Part shown: one piece after another, positions 25,099 to 38,222 of the stretch
Numbering within the stretch: position 1 is the stretch's first letter
Layout: the number at the start of each line of letters is the position of its first letter
Assembly (NCBI RefSeq): GCF_000143415.4
Contig: NW_003314264.1
Location: 1,566,733 to 1,630,732, forward strand
Source of the DNA: Selaginella moellendorffii
Lineage: Eukaryota; Plantae; Lycopodiophyta
Length of the DNA stretch: 64,000 nucleotides
Direction of reading: 5' to 3'
Notes under the pieces: generated by a model
Databases searched by the model: none
Seen by the model: only the letters and a program-made list of their open reading frames with translations
Told to the model about the DNA's origin: nothing
Made by a program: the position numbers and the translations under genes

Positions 25099-28000
25099 CA
25101 AATTGGCATTATTAATTTCTTGCCTTTCACATTGTTTATATGACACTAGTTGCCTTTGGCTCAAAACAACTCCCACATACAAGTATCTTGGAGCAATCTC
25201 TTTCCACCAAGAGCTCCCTAAAAACATCCATGAAAGGGGAGAAGGCTGCCACTCATAACTTTGTTGCCATCAGTACCCAACCAATGCCCATCAATGCAAG
25301 CCATCCCATAAAGCTACTCCCCACAACCCAATTCATACTCAACTTTGGCAAAGTTACTAAATGCAAACCACTTTGATGGCACACAATGCCTTTCCTATCA
25401 AAACCACCATATCCACCTTCTTAACCCTTGCCCTAGCAATAACAGCTAACCCTACTTTATATGGATTGCCTACTCACGCAAAGGAGCCACCAATTTAGCA
25501 ATCATGAGGATGAGTGGTAACACTGCATAGTGAGCAGCATGCCCATCCAAACCAATCCTTCCCAAGGTAAGAATTTGAGAGAGTGTTATGGCAATCTCTA
25601 CCCACCAAAAACTCCTTTTATAACAACTTGTGGTCTCACCCATTATGTATGCTCCTCATGACTCTAGTGGATGCTCAGCCTATGGCAATCTGCCACAACC
25701 ACTGCTGCCCCTATTGCCACTGCCAACATTGCCAGGACCTTCGCTACAATGACTAGACATAGCCACCATGCTATGTGCAATAGTAGAAGTAGTGATCTTA
25801 GCAATAGCTACTAGCACCCACATACTCAATGATGAGATTGTTTTAATTGTGACCTAGACAATTGTGCCAACTTGGGGAGCCACATAAGGAATCACCAACT
25901 CAAGTGTAGTAGTGGCCCTACAATAGAGCCATGACCTCCTCACCAGCACAATCACACACTAACCATCTCTAGAGGAGCCACATATGCTACCACCACCCAA
26001 CACCAACATTTGTACCACCCTTTTTTGCAAAGTGAATAACAAATCTAATTGGGAATAGAGGATGATGAGATGACCACCCTCGGCTTTGGGGACATCTTGT
26101 GCTATCCCTTCGGAAAATGGCAAGGCCCATCCCAATGGCAACTCCTTATCTATGTTGACCATGAGAATTTTTAATTTGCCCAAGTGTAGTGCACCCTATC
26201 TCTCTCCACTAAAAAAGGGGCAATTGTTTAATGAGAGAGCCTTTAATAATTATTTTATCTCTATTTATCCCCTAAAATTCCAAGGATCCACAGTGACAGT
26301 ATATCCAAATTTTATCCCATGATTATATACACTACACCAAGCTTTACCATGTTTAGGAAACCTTGTACATGGGTATCAAAACTTCTACCTTTAACTAATG
26401 GAACAACTAGACATTTGCCACATCCCATTCAGCTAAGGGTGCTTCCAATATAAAAACTTTCTTGCATATATATAGAACACCTTAGCTACAGATAAGACAT
26501 GCCTCTACCAGTTCCCCACCTATTGTGCTCTGATACACCTCAATATAATCAGATGGACCAATGTTGCTATATAGGAGATCTTCTACCCAATCAGCAACTC
26601 CATCCATATTGATTGCAAAATATGGCAAGCAATAATTAGAATCAAACAGCCATTAATCTTGGAAGTCCCAATAGGTGAACCTAACTAGCCAATTCCAAAA
26701 TTTCAACATTCCTCAAGTCGAGGACATCACCTATATAATGGTGCAACTTTGGGTCTTCATATGGATGTACCACAATGTTGCCATCCAAATGACCACACCA
26801 CCCCTACTAGCTGGCCAACAGCAATTTATAGCATTAACCAGGAGCTCCCCCCTTTGGCCCAACCTCACGATGAAGAAACATAAGGCTAGCTCCCCACTTA
26901 TGTAGGAGGGCCTTATGGAGACATCACTTCAAGAACTGATAGAGCTAGTTGAGTGTTAGAAGACTAAATAATAATGCCCAAGAACCAGGTAACTACTAGT
27001 GGCTCCTGCCCAGGGCTTCTTGGGGTTGCTTCCACACCCACAAGTGAAGCAATGGCTTCAATTGACACAATAGCCATAAACTTGCCTAATGAAGGCTATG
27101 TAGCAGAATGCAGCTACGAAAGGCCTCTTGGAAGTAAAAACAAGACAAAAGTGGCACCATTGGCCTCAAACAATGAAATTGTTGAGCAACCCCCACCCAA
27201 ACAGTAGTATAAAGCATGTAAGAAGAAGGGTGAAGACTTGGCAACCAACCAGCTGATGCTACTAGAGGACTCTAAGACCTAAAACCCACTACATTGAGCA
27301 TAAGGCTTTATTAAAACTACAAGAATGAGTCCATGGGAATAAACACTAGGAACAACAACCTCAATGAACATTCCCTCAATGAACATTCCCACCACTAGAA
27401 ATGCAAGATACAATTGATGAGATCCAAGCAGAAATCTGGCTAGGACAACCAAATCATATCATGCCCTTCACAAGAATCCCAAATTAGCCACGCTAGGCCC
27501 TTTAACACCAAACCACCCTTTTGGCATCACACAAAGATTTTACCAATGGCCTTGTGAGCACTGTGTTGGCACTTGAATGCATCACTATGCATTTTGATAG
27601 CTGGAAGACCACAAACCCCCATCATCAAGGTGACCCCCATAATTAACCATAAGAATTCATGGGGAACATGAGTAATAACCACTCTTTATCTCCATGCCAT
27701 GGAAGACCAAAGGGCACTACTCATCGAAAAAACATGCTTTCATTTCCCAGATGGAAACATCTAGCAGGTACCTGAATGACAACTCCCTTCTCTCCTCCTT
27801 CTACTCAAAAGTCCCATATAATGGCAATTATAAACACAGCTCTCTATCTATCTATCTAGACTCATATTTAACTCCAAATTACATCTAAATCAGCTCATGA
27901 CTCATGCAATATAAAAGAAATTTAAGTTCAAGGGTGATGGCAGGTTTGGTCAGTCCCACACATGACCCAGTGATGTTGCCGAGCCCCATGCAAACCCTTC

Positions 28001-28584
28001 AAATAGCCATGTCATGGATATCAATTTTCAATATCTATGGCAATTGAAGATGTCTGTGTCTTTGTAAATGTTAAAAACGTGTTAACTCTTCTTCAAGGTT
28101 TGGGTTCTGGACCTCCATATCAAGTTAGCATCAACCAATTAGAAATAATTTCAAATAAATATATGTTATATCAAAGAGTGTTATTGAAAGTGTAATAAAT
28201 TATTCTCCTTTCTACTATGAGCTATAAAACCACCAGACATATATTTTTCAATTAACCTTCCACATTTATTGTATATACTATAATAAATATAAGGAATATG
28301 TGAGTGCATATAATTCATTTTCAGATATGCATATCTAACAATGTCATTATTGTCTAATATTGTATATATTAACTTTGTTTATAAAACAATACCTATTTTA
28401 TTGAAATAAATATTATATATCACATGAGTATATCTGAGAAAAATTAATAAATAAAATATGCTATAATAATAAAAAACACAAAAACTATTTAAAATAAATT
28501 TTCTTATATTTAATTATAAGTAGTATGTTAGTAATATACTATATTCTATATTTACAGCATAAATTTCATATACTACTTCGTATT

Positions 28585-30380
28585 TTATGTGAAATTTAGT
28601 ACTAACAATGTTAACATCTTTAATATTTGGTTGTCAATCTCAAGAAATCAATATAGTATACATACCACTTCATTTGCACATATAGATTTAATCATAGCAT
28701 CAATAAGATATTTACTTTCATTTCTTAGATGTATATATACATTTAATCATAGCTTTTTATGAAACGTATTCATAATGCCAGTAGGTATGAATGTAATATA
28801 AGTCAAAGAAACAGTGGTAGGATACCCCAATTAGCAATTCCAAGTTCAAAAGAATAGAGAATTTCCATAATGTAGTGTAGAGTGTTTAGAAGACAGAAGA
28901 ATAAAGCATATAAAAGAATGATTGATTTAGTTGAATTTGCTAGAGATTTTGCACATGTTCAAGTTGTGGCATATTTTCTTGAAGATTTTTTTAATTTCAA
29001 ATCTAACAGGAAATCCTAATTAGCCATCATGAACAAAACTACCACCTACACTTCTCTCAAATAAAATGTTTTTCCAAAGTTAGGATTAAAAACAAATGAA
29101 ACTAATAATATTGATTTGGAGTTGATTAAGTGTTGGTCTTATATTTGTATAATAGAGGCTGAAATTTTAAAGGTGGTAGGATCTTATATAACCTCAAGTA
29201 ACACTATTGATTCAGCTAATTATAAATATAGAGTCACATTATGTGAAAATTGTATCTTGTGCTTCATAGTATCAAGAAATTTTTTAATATTTAATAAAAA
29301 ACTGAAAATAAAAATAAAGTTGTTATTTACAAGTGCTAATCAATGGTAAAGTTAATGGTCTAGTTTGGTTGATAGATCTAGATTGTAATAAACTAAATTT
29401 ATAATGGTTTATCTAGTTTTATGTGTACTTATATTTAAATATACAACTATTGGAAAAGTATTTTTAATATCAAATTAAACATTAAATAAGGTGAAATAAT
29501 TGAAAGAGTTATTCAGAAAGTGGTTGGAGAGGATTTCTAAAGTATTCCACAGTTGTTGGTAATCTTTTTCACAATTTAGAATCTCAATCTTGGAAAAGAA
29601 CTAGAAAATATAGACAAATCCATAGAAAGAGGTTAAGCCAAGCCTAAATTTATAATTTACTTAGGAGAATCATTATGGCAAGGCGATAGCAACTTGGTCG
29701 AACTCCAGAATTTCATAACGTTGATGAGAAGAGGAAATAGAGCTTTGGTCTTAGAGGTAGTTTATGAGGTTTTGCTGTATTTTTCTCCCCTTTTCTTTAC
29801 CTTTTATCCCTTTAAACAATAATATATATTTTACTTATGAACATACACTGACTCAACACATCAATTGATCCAAGTGTAACTTACCAAACATTGTAAGTTT
29901 GTGACCATTGGAAACAATGCAATAAATTTGGATTCCAAAAGAATTAGAAAAGGTTTACCAAAGTTTATTATAAAATTAGATTGGCTCATCTTCTCCATAC
30001 CCTGTCCTGGCTTCTTCAAACAAATCCAGCAACCAAGTTCTAAAGTTCGATTTTTTTTTCCACTCCAAAGCTAGATATTAGTCTACCTCTGGCACCCAGA
30101 ACTGCATGGGCCATCGTAGTGATGGAGAATGGGCTGAAACACGGCCTTTTGCACTCTCGTTCTTACCTGTATGAGATCATGATGGGTTTTCCTTTGTAGC
30201 TCTTGCAGCTCAAGAACAAGAGAAAGCTTTCTACTCTCCTAGGAAGTGAGAGACAAACCTGAGCTGGGAATCTCGACTCTCCACGGCACTTGGAGGCTTC
30301 AAAGCTTTTTGGGTGGATTGGATCTCCAAAGCCTGTTGCCTGGTAGATTCTTTAGAATTCTAGCGAAGAACAGCAAAGAA
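28585..30380. pseudogene. Decayed duplicate of about 15360-17310 (lectin-fusion gene and 3' exons of the DCD gene)
   Basis: GSYITSSNTIDSANYKYRVTLCENC parallels 15874-16329. 30000-30350 repeats DCD exons 3-5 with their introns and with deletions. Confidence 0.85.
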
Positions 30381-30879
30381 ATGGAATATTGGAAGTTATT
30401 TTTACTGCCAAGTTCTAGGTAAGAAACGTAGGCTAATCACCTGAGTGAAAAGTTTTTTGAGAAACTAGAACAAGAGAAAAAAAAACCCAGAAGCTTACAT
30501 CAAAGAGAGACACTAAATCGTGGTAGCCATCAGGTCTCTTGCTCGTGATTCCCAAGAAAACATTGATCTGGTTATAAAGTTCTTTAGCTCTATCCAAGAA
30601 GAAAACTTGGGAAAACTATACATATCTTGGATGGCAAAAACAAAGTAAGATTTCAAGCAAAATCACTCAAGCTTTGGAGCTCCTTGGTGAGCTCTTCATA
30701 CCTCCTGACGGGATCATAGACAATCTAAAACTCCAAAAACTCTAGAACTCAAAGAATTCTATCTCTCTCTCAAGACCTTTACCTCGAGTTTTCTAAAGCT
30801 TGACAATGCTATAGCTCTCAAACAGCTCCTCTCCTGCATTTAGGCCCTTGAAACGAAGCAAAACTGCCCATTAAATTGC

Positions 30880-31887
30880 TTGCTAGATTGGCGAAATGGA
30901 GTGATGGACTCGCTATGGATTCTCTCCCCAACTTCCAGCTTGATTTTTATCTAGGAGCTGCAATGGGCATGATGAGGAAGAAACAAGATGAAGGAGAAGA
31001 AAAAAGATACACTCATATGGACCTATCGAGTGTGTTTTTGAGATGGAAGCTACACAGTTAGTGGTATATCAACTTCTCTTTTCTTTTCTTTGGTTATGCT
31101 AGTATACTAAATATTTTCTATACAGCTGAGTTATGATGACAAGACAATACCCATTCCTTTTAATAAGATGCATTCTCGAGTGAATAAGTCCTGCCGTCTA
31201 TGGTTCTTTTCAAAACTTCCAAAAGATTTAAATTCTACAACATCTATGGCACTTCATGCAAAACTGTGTTCTTCATTCTTGATAGCCAACTTTCATTAGT
31301 GACTTTTTTCCATTGTTTCCAGCTATGGGGGTGAAAAATGCCTCATAGTTGAGCTCAAGGAAATTCTCCATAGTGTGGTAATGTGGAGTTGTTTCTTCAT
31401 GCTTACTCAAAGAAACCTTTGCAGGCCAAATATATGGACGGAGATGGCACGGTACCATCCAAGTCTTCTAAGGTAGCCCTTTGTTTCAACTCTGCTTTCT
31501 TCATAGGACTGAGACTAGGAGGCACAGGCCATTGCAAATCAAACAAGGTGTTCCTCCTCCTCAAAGACATCCTGGAGATCAAAGATGAAGCTTGTGGTTC
31601 ACATTGCCCTACACAAGTCCGAGGAAGTGATCGAGAAACAAGCACACTTTTGTCTCAGCAACACTGCCATCTCCCACAAGAACAGCACATGGGATGCAAA
31701 CTCCGAGGACAGCCAAGACTACAACAGTGGTAGCAAGAGCGAGGACAACACTGAAAACTCAGTAGTGTTTACCAAGGATGCTAGAGCTCAAACTCATGCT
31801 AGAGACACACCTCATCAGCCACATGAAGGATTCGAGCTCCATCACCTCAACATTTCTACCACTGGTGTTGCAGAAGGAAGAGATTGA
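30880..31887 (+). pseudogene. LCAT3/LCAT4-like phospholipase A / acyltransferase 3' fragment
   Basis: SYDDKTIPIPFN, KFYNIYGTS, DGDGTVP and KVFLLLKDIL match the C-terminal half of plant LCAT-like proteins; frameshifted. Confidence 0.65.
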
Positions 31888-33379
31888 GAAAAGGCCACTA
31901 TCACAGTGGAGAAAGTTATAGCTTCCACCACTACCAAACTCATAACATTGTACAATATGTAAAAATATGGAAAAATACCATTTAAATTCTGTCAAAGTGA
32001 TGTTCATGTCTTCTTTCCCAAGGTTTAGGAAGCTTCTAGGTTGAGATAATTTTCTCTAATTGGGAATAGGTATCATGCTTTTATTTTGTGGAAGAAAAAA
32101 ATATCTCACCAAAAGTTTTTTCTTTGTTATCCAGTGGGAAAAGAAAAACAAATGCAAACTAAACATCACATAACACAATGATTAGTATGGTGCATTGCAT
32201 CAGTTTTAGCACTATATTTACCCTTGATAACCATGTAGCTTTTGTTAGGCATCTTCTTCTTGAACACTTCAACTCTTGGCATCTTTTCTTCTTGTTTTCA
32301 TTCTTTTCCTGATTTGATTTTTGCTGATACTTTGTGGTGTCTTTGCTCCTAAGAATCCCATTGAAAGTTTTTCACTTTCTTATGTTTTGAACTTAACAAT
32401 TTTCTTTTCTTTTCTTCTGCAGGAGAAATATTGGCAATAAAACCATGATGCTCAAATCTTGAAGCTATTCTAATCTGGTACTCGCCTCACACACACAGGC
32501 AGTTAAGGCAAGATCTTTCTTTCACACTTTCTTCACGCTAAAACTTTCAACTTATCCAAGTCTCTGTGACATAAAACTCTAGGCCAATATATTTGTCTTT
32601 TGGCTCAGATTTAAAGTTTTTTGAAAACTTCACTTTGCCAACCCACTAGCTTTTTGCTGGGCAATTTCTAGTCTATAATAATAAAAACAAAGGGCCTAGA
32701 CCCCTGCAGCCATCCAATCCCAGGCCCACGGCAGGCTCGGAAGCCATGGTTCTCAGGAAGGGGAGGCCACCCAGGCTCGGGCTAGGACCAATGGCCATGG
32801 TTAGCGGGAATATCGACTCAATGTTGTGGTGGCCAATGGGCAGGATGCACGTGTGGCCAGGAAGGGAAGAGGGCATGGTGACAGGTGTTACACCATATGC
32901 TTCTAGGGCTCCATGGCTGCTCTACTCGGATGTAGTTGTGTGGGCATTCCTGTGAAAATCTGTGCATCTGTAAGCTCCTAGAGGAGGTGCTTACGGGGAT
33001 AACAGGGGCAAGTAGAATGGTAGTCGGGCACACAATCCAGGCTCCTTTCGGGATCAACTTGTTTGCGAGTGGTTCATAAGCAGCACCACAGGCAGGGCTG
33101 GTGAGGGAGTGCGCCAGAAATGAAGAGCTAGGCTATGCTCAAATCCTGGAGCTGACTGGCACCATGGCAGTGGGTGTGGGTGATGCAAGGTATGCAAGTG
33201 ACCAGATGGTGTGTGTGACCCGACGCATCAATCACATTTTCCTTCTTTGACAGCACACAGGTAAGCTAAGCATTCTAGAATTTCTCTCGATCGTTGCTTT
33301 GGTTTAAACTGGTGCTATATAGAAGAGAAAGGCTGAAGGCATCAAAGGAGTTCTTTGAGCTGTCAAAGGAGGGGAAGCT

Positions 33380-33853
33380 GAAGTACACTGCCAGTGATCC
33401 TCCAGCATCCACTCGAAGAGCCTGAGAGCCGATGCTACATCTCCCTGGTGGCAGTAGCCAGCAATGATCGCATTCCAAGTTATGGCGTCAGTGTCCTGTG
33501 CTGGCTGCCGAGTCGAAAACTTTGCGAGCTTTTGCCATGCAGCCATACCATCCATAGAAGCCCAGCAGAGAATTCATGACAACCACCTCGGCTTCCATCT
33601 CGGCATGACAGATCTGTTGGTGGATGGCCCTTCCAGTCACTAGAGCCCTGGAGCTCCTGCAAGCCCAGAGCACCATAGCGTAAGTTGGAGCATCAGGTAT
33701 TAGGCCTTGGACTTGCTGCATTTGCGAGAAGAGATCCAGCACAGCCGGTGCTTGCTCCGCCTGGATGTATCCAAGCATCAGTGTTGTCCACGACACAACG
33801 TCGTGCCTCTCCATCTGGTTGAAGACTCTCCATGTGTCCACCTCACCTAGCAT
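33380..33853 (-). pseudogene. PLS-class PPR gene fragment
   Basis: VFNQMERHDVVSWTTLMLGYIQ..PDAPTYAMVLWAC..GRAIHQQI..NSLLGFYGWYGCMAKARKVFD, then after a frameshift DAITWNAIIAGYCHQG. Confidence 0.85.
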
Positions 33854-34299
33854 TTGCTAGGCAAGTACTCATTCAAATATGCTTGGAGATTCTAGGATAT
33901 TTTAATAGCTAATAGTTGTTGTTCATTTAGATTAATCTTTCTATTTATAATTTATAATCTTTCCTAAACACTTTCTAGTATATTCTTGTTTATTCTACTA
34001 ATTGAATAATATTAATCTTGACTCATAAATTATAAATATGTTTATAACCATTGATCAATTAAAATACTCAATGAATGATACTAAGTATTGTCTCTCATAT
34101 TTTTTATCCTTCACCATGGTGTGCCAGCTAAGATCCTTTTGCATCCTTTCAGGTACCATCTTTGTTTGGGTTTCATGGACGGCTCCGTTAACCTTGCATC
34201 ACACTCTTTCCTTGCAAAGTTTACCAACCTCCCGAGAAAAGCTTTTCTCTCATTGAGCAAGCATGCTGAGTAGTGGATTCCATCCAGATTTCTCTCCCA

Positions 34300-34560
34300 G
34301 ATCTGTGAGTGGAGCCTCTTCTCTGCTAAGTTGCTGTGTGCCTTGAGCGCCACCATGAAAGTCTGAGCGTTTGGCTGCTGGCTTGCTCATAGCACTCAAG
34401 AGCAAAGGTTGTTCTCAGCATATCCCAGGAAACAATGTTTTGCTACTCCATGCAAAGTCTCAGCGTTTGGAGGCAGGCCAGCTTCTCATTGCATCTGATA
34501 GAAGACGTGCTGTCCCATGATGATCGTGTTCCAGGCAACCAACGTCATGTTTATTTGTCC
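34300..34560 (-). pseudogene. Degenerate PPR remnant (duplicated at about 46230-46490)
   Basis: LVAWNTIIMG, VFYQMQ..GLPPNAET and QPNAQTFMVALKA are PLS-PPR-like pieces. Confidence 0.5.
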
Positions 34561-35144
34561 TCCTGAACACTTCTGATGCTTCCATGAGGCTGCTTGCAAC
34601 GAATTTGAATTTGCGAGGTAGACCAACCTATCCTGTTCTTCGTCCCATCCTGTTGAAAAACCTGTGTTGCAAGCCGCAGTGTAGACTTCGACCATACTTT
34701 CACAATTGCACTTGCTTGAATGATGCTCTTGACTCTGGAGAAACTTATCTGGCCGCTATGCCCTGCACTGCTTCTTCTCATCGAAGTTGAGCTTTGAGCG
34801 CCTGCAAGAACACAGAGCAAAAGTAGTACGTTACCTTTTCTCAAACCTTTCGTCTCAAGAAACTTCTCTGGCCTTTGGAGGTGCACTAACGTCTGCTCCC
34901 CCGTCACTCTAGAGGATAGCTCAGTCAAATCGAAACTTGGCAGTTTCTTGCTCTATTTTCCAGTCCATGTTCCAAGCCACCTGTGCAATAACTTCCAAGT
35001 CTGGTGACTTCCACCAGTTGACCCTTGTATGTGATCTTCACTGTCCGTGAGCAAGAGCCTGCTGTCTTCTTGCTCTGCAACTTCATCTCCTTGAAGATTG
35101 TTTGTACACAATCTTCCATGTGACAACGCATGCACTGTGCTGAC

Positions 35145-35903
35145 TTACGCGTCACTGCCAGTGTTGGCAGGACACTTTGAGGAGAATCCTAGAGTGCCAT
35201 TGCTGTGCGAACCACGAGTGTGAGCTTCCAGCTGTTTCTTCTCAGTCGGAGAATCGTCCACCACAACTTCGATCTGCCACCCGGGATCCTGAAAGATCAC
35301 ATTACTGCGCTGCTTCCTTCGAGATAACATCCATCGCCCGAGCAAAAAGCATGCGAGCAGCACCAAGATCGCAACCAAAACCCAGAGAAGAAGCTGGAGC
35401 AGCGACCACGGCGTCCTCCGAACCACTGTAACTACTGCTGCGGGTGTTGGTGTGGCCACTGCTGCGTCGTGACCGTCACGACGACGACGGTGGTGGTGGT
35501 GGTGGTGGTGGTTGTGGCGTCCTCCATGGTGGTGACCATGGTGATGGTGGTGAACAACCAGAGGAGCTCCATCACCGTGATGATGATGGTACACTGCTGC
35601 TGCTGGAGCTGGATGGTGGTGGCGAGCATGATCGAGGATAGCAGGCGCTGGAGCTAGATGAGCAGGGTGGCCGTGAGCAGGGTGAACGAAAGCAGCTGGC
35701 GCTGGGGCTCGATCTGGAGCGTCACCTTGAAGAACTGGAGCTAAAGCTGGCGCTGGCTCGTGGCCTTGGTGTCCATGGTGGTGTGTTGGATGTGCTGGAG
35801 CTAGAGCTGGAGCTCGCGGGTGTGAAGCTCGGTGATGGCTGCCATGCCATGGCGCTTGAGCTCGGCGGGCAAGCATTGGGGCGGCGTGAGCGCCAGAGAC
35901 CAT
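35145..35903 (-). CDS. His/Pro/Ala-rich (AGP-like) single-pass membrane protein
   Basis: 252-aa ORF with repeated PAPA motifs, poly-His tracts, a hydrophobic helix WSLLQLLLWVLVAILVLLACFLL and a basic RRKQR stop-transfer. The frame is kept in the paralog. 5' structure uncertain. Confidence 0.65.
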   Translation of the reverse strand: MVSGAHAAPMLARRAQAPWHGSHHRASHPRAPALAPAHPTHHHGHQGHEPAPALAPVLQGDAPDRAPAPAAFVHPAHGHPAHLAPAPAILDHARHHHPAPAAAVYHHHHGDGAPLVVHHHHHGHHHGGRHNHHHHHHHRRRRDGHDAAVATPTPAAVVTVVRRTPWSLLQLLLWVLVAILVLLACFLLGRWMLSRRKQRSNVIFQDPGWQIEVVVDDSPTEKKQLEAHTRGSHSNGTLGFSSKCPANTGSDA

Positions 35904-36437
35904 GGCTTACCTGACGAGAGCTTGGACAATAGAAAAATCCAAGCAAGAAAGATTATAACCTAACCCTTGACTTAGAAAAACTTTTGGCTTTGTGAAAAAA
36001 AAAACGAGTACTGGTGACGCTGTGGATTGTCAGCAAGGGTGCCATCGGGCTTGAGCATGCCAAAGAGCCAAAACCTAGATGTGAACAGCGATTTAATCTC
36101 ACAATCACGAAATGCTCTAGGTACAAATATTTCAAAAAGAGAAAACAACTTTAATTTGATGGCAACTCCTTTTTAGGCTCAATCCTAATGTAGTGAACGA
36201 AACTTTTTTACTCACTTTTCAAACCTCTGGAAACTTGGCACTCATTGAATGCAAGTCATGGTGGAGACACAAGCCATCAGCATGCACAAACTACTTCCTT
36301 TTGAAAAAAAGTGGGAAAAAGAAACACAAGATAAATGTCTATCCATTGCTGTTTATAGTGCAACATCCATCCATAGCTCCCTCAACACCAGTAAAATCGG
36401 TCAAAACACCTGGAACAAACCAATAATTGAACATATT

Positions 36438-36510
36438 TGGAGATACTGGGTATCGATCCCGGTGCCTCTCGCATGCTAAGCGAGCGCTCTACCATCTGAG
36501 CTACATCCCC
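36438..36510 (-). tRNA. tRNA-Ala(AGC), possibly decaying
   Basis: GGGGATGTAGCTCAGATGGTAGAGCGCTCGCTTAGCATGCGAGAGGCACCGGGATCGATACCCAGTATCTCCA; C-A mismatch in the T stem and an extra G-T pair in the acceptor stem. Confidence 0.85.
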
Positions 36511-37324
36511 TTAGCAAAGAAAGGGGAATGCTAATCTTTTCTCTTCACCATTCTAATACTCATCCTTGGAGATTCTGGCATCTTTTGTTGCATTTCAAGA
36601 GCCTTTTGAGTGATGAGCTTTGGAAAGACCACTATGTCCAGCAGGTTTCTATAGGCAAGCAGTTGCATCTGCAGGCAACCATAAAGAATGTTACTAATGT
36701 TTATAATAATAATACATAATATAGTAATAGTATTCACAAGAGGAGGACGAAAAGAGTGTTATTCAAGAGGATGAGTAAAGCAATACAATAAACACTAATA
36801 TTATTTGGTATTTTGGTTTGCTAGTAAACATATTTAGGTATAGCTAAAAGTCTTTTAAAATGAGTAACTTTTTTTCCTTACAAAATTTCAAAATCTTTCA
36901 AAGTTTAAATGCATTTTCTTTTGGTGTCTCATAGCCTCTGAACAAACAAATAGAGATATTGGGCACGCTTGATCAATTCAAAGAAACTAATTATTAAAAG
37001 CTTACTAGGTGATGGATTTTGTTTCAAGGTGGCCTCTCTCCATTCCTTGTATTCTAAGCATGTTGTCCTACCTGGATCTTGTATAAAAACCAAACTAATG
37101 CCTTTAAAACTTGTAAGTTGTAACAAGGAAATCAATGCGTTCCTATTGACCTCAAAACTTAATGTACTTCTAAGCATATCTGCTAATAAAGAGAGCCAGC
37201 TCAACAAAAGGAGTCATTAAGAAAATTTTAAAAATATTTTGGTACACTAAAGAATATTTTCGTAATTTTTTAGTGGGAAACATGTATTTTAAACAAAATA
37301 GTAATTGAAATAATATCTAGATCT

Positions 37325-37854
37325 TGTGAGGTCCAAGTGTATGACTACAATGCCGTATACTAATATTAGCGTAGTGGGACCACTCGCTCCTGTATATAAA
37401 TTAGGGTTTTTGGGCTAATTAATATGCATATTTTTTGTATCCCTTTTCATATTCCATACATTCACATTAGTGGAGATATAAGGCACTTTTAATTGTTTTT
37501 GATGAGTGCTTGAATTTGGGATTTTTGGTTTAGATCTAACTTTTGCATCATCTAAATCTAGTTTTTTCCATTTCCTTTCTTTTGTTTTTTCCTTTCAAGA
37601 TTTAATTTTTTGCATTGTCTAGATCTCTCTTTCCTTTTAACCTTTTTTCATCTCTCTTCTTTTTCTCTTTTATTTTCATTCATCTTGATGGTAGATCAGC
37701 AATCTTCTTCTCCTTTGACTCTAAAGTAACAATTGGTACAATTGTTTGATGTTATGCAATTGTAATTGAATAACCAAACTTAATCGATGGTAGCATTCAT
37801 AGCACGTAGTACAACTCCTCTTGTTCTTGGTGCCAATCCTTGCGTTCAGCCGGA
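37325..37854 (+). mobile_element. Decayed family A 5' LTR, leader and gag start, interrupted by family B
   Basis: TGTGAGGTCCAAGTGTA.. LTR, PBS remnant and a decayed MADPQSPPLTLEQQL-like start. Confidence 0.85.
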
Positions 37855-37934
37855 TGTAAGGAACCAACTCCCCGAGGTGTCATAGGCTAAAGGATCCCCA
37901 AAAGCATGACTGAAATGACAAAGAGTTCATCGGA

Positions 37935-38222
37935 TCGGACTGAGTCGAAGATTAAGTCTAAGACTGACAATGAGACTGAGTTCGGGATAGAGTCCAGGAT
38001 CGAGACAGAGTCCGAGATCCGAATTGGATCCAAGACCGAGTCCGAGGTTGAGTCGAAAGTCGAGTCCGAGATCCGAATTGGATCCAAGACCGAGTCCGAG
38101 GTTGAGTCGAAAGTCGAGTCCGAGATCGGGTCTGAGATTGAGTCCGAGATCGAGTCCAAGACCGAGTCCGAAGTCAGGTCCGAGATCGAGTCCAAGATCA
38201 AGTCCGAGATCGAGTCCGAGTA
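37935..38222 (+). repeat. Degenerate 12-bp tandem satellite (GTCCGAGATCGA) inside the family B LTR
   Basis: Visible periodicity; accounts for the low-complexity ESEI/SPRS/DSIS ORFs. Confidence 0.9.

Larger units (their letters stand above)
33871..37854 (+). repeat. Tandem segmental duplication unit, copy 1 (paralogous to about 45800-50300)
   Basis: Collinear near-identical sequence and ORF sets: PPR relic, His-rich ORF, tRNA-Ala, family A LTR and gag start. Confidence 0.95.

Noticed and set aside
24902-25103. Reading 24907-25098 as a solo LTR with a CpG-decayed CGAAT TSD
   Set aside because: A perfect CAAAT duplication flanks the two-LTR structure 24535-25098, which fits better.
25110-28100. 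Possible LINE ORF1/endonuclease relic
   Set aside because: C/A-rich and coding-like, but no diagnostic motif could be read.
32672-33860. Helitron (TCTATAATAATAA.. to ..TTGCTAG) capturing the PPR fragment
   Set aside because: Flanks are G/G rather than the expected A/T and there is no convincing GC-rich subterminal hairpin.
36531-37220. Minus-strand ORFs of 68 and 92 aa kept in both duplicates
   Set aside because: The copies are too similar for retention to imply selection; no recognisable domain or splice model.
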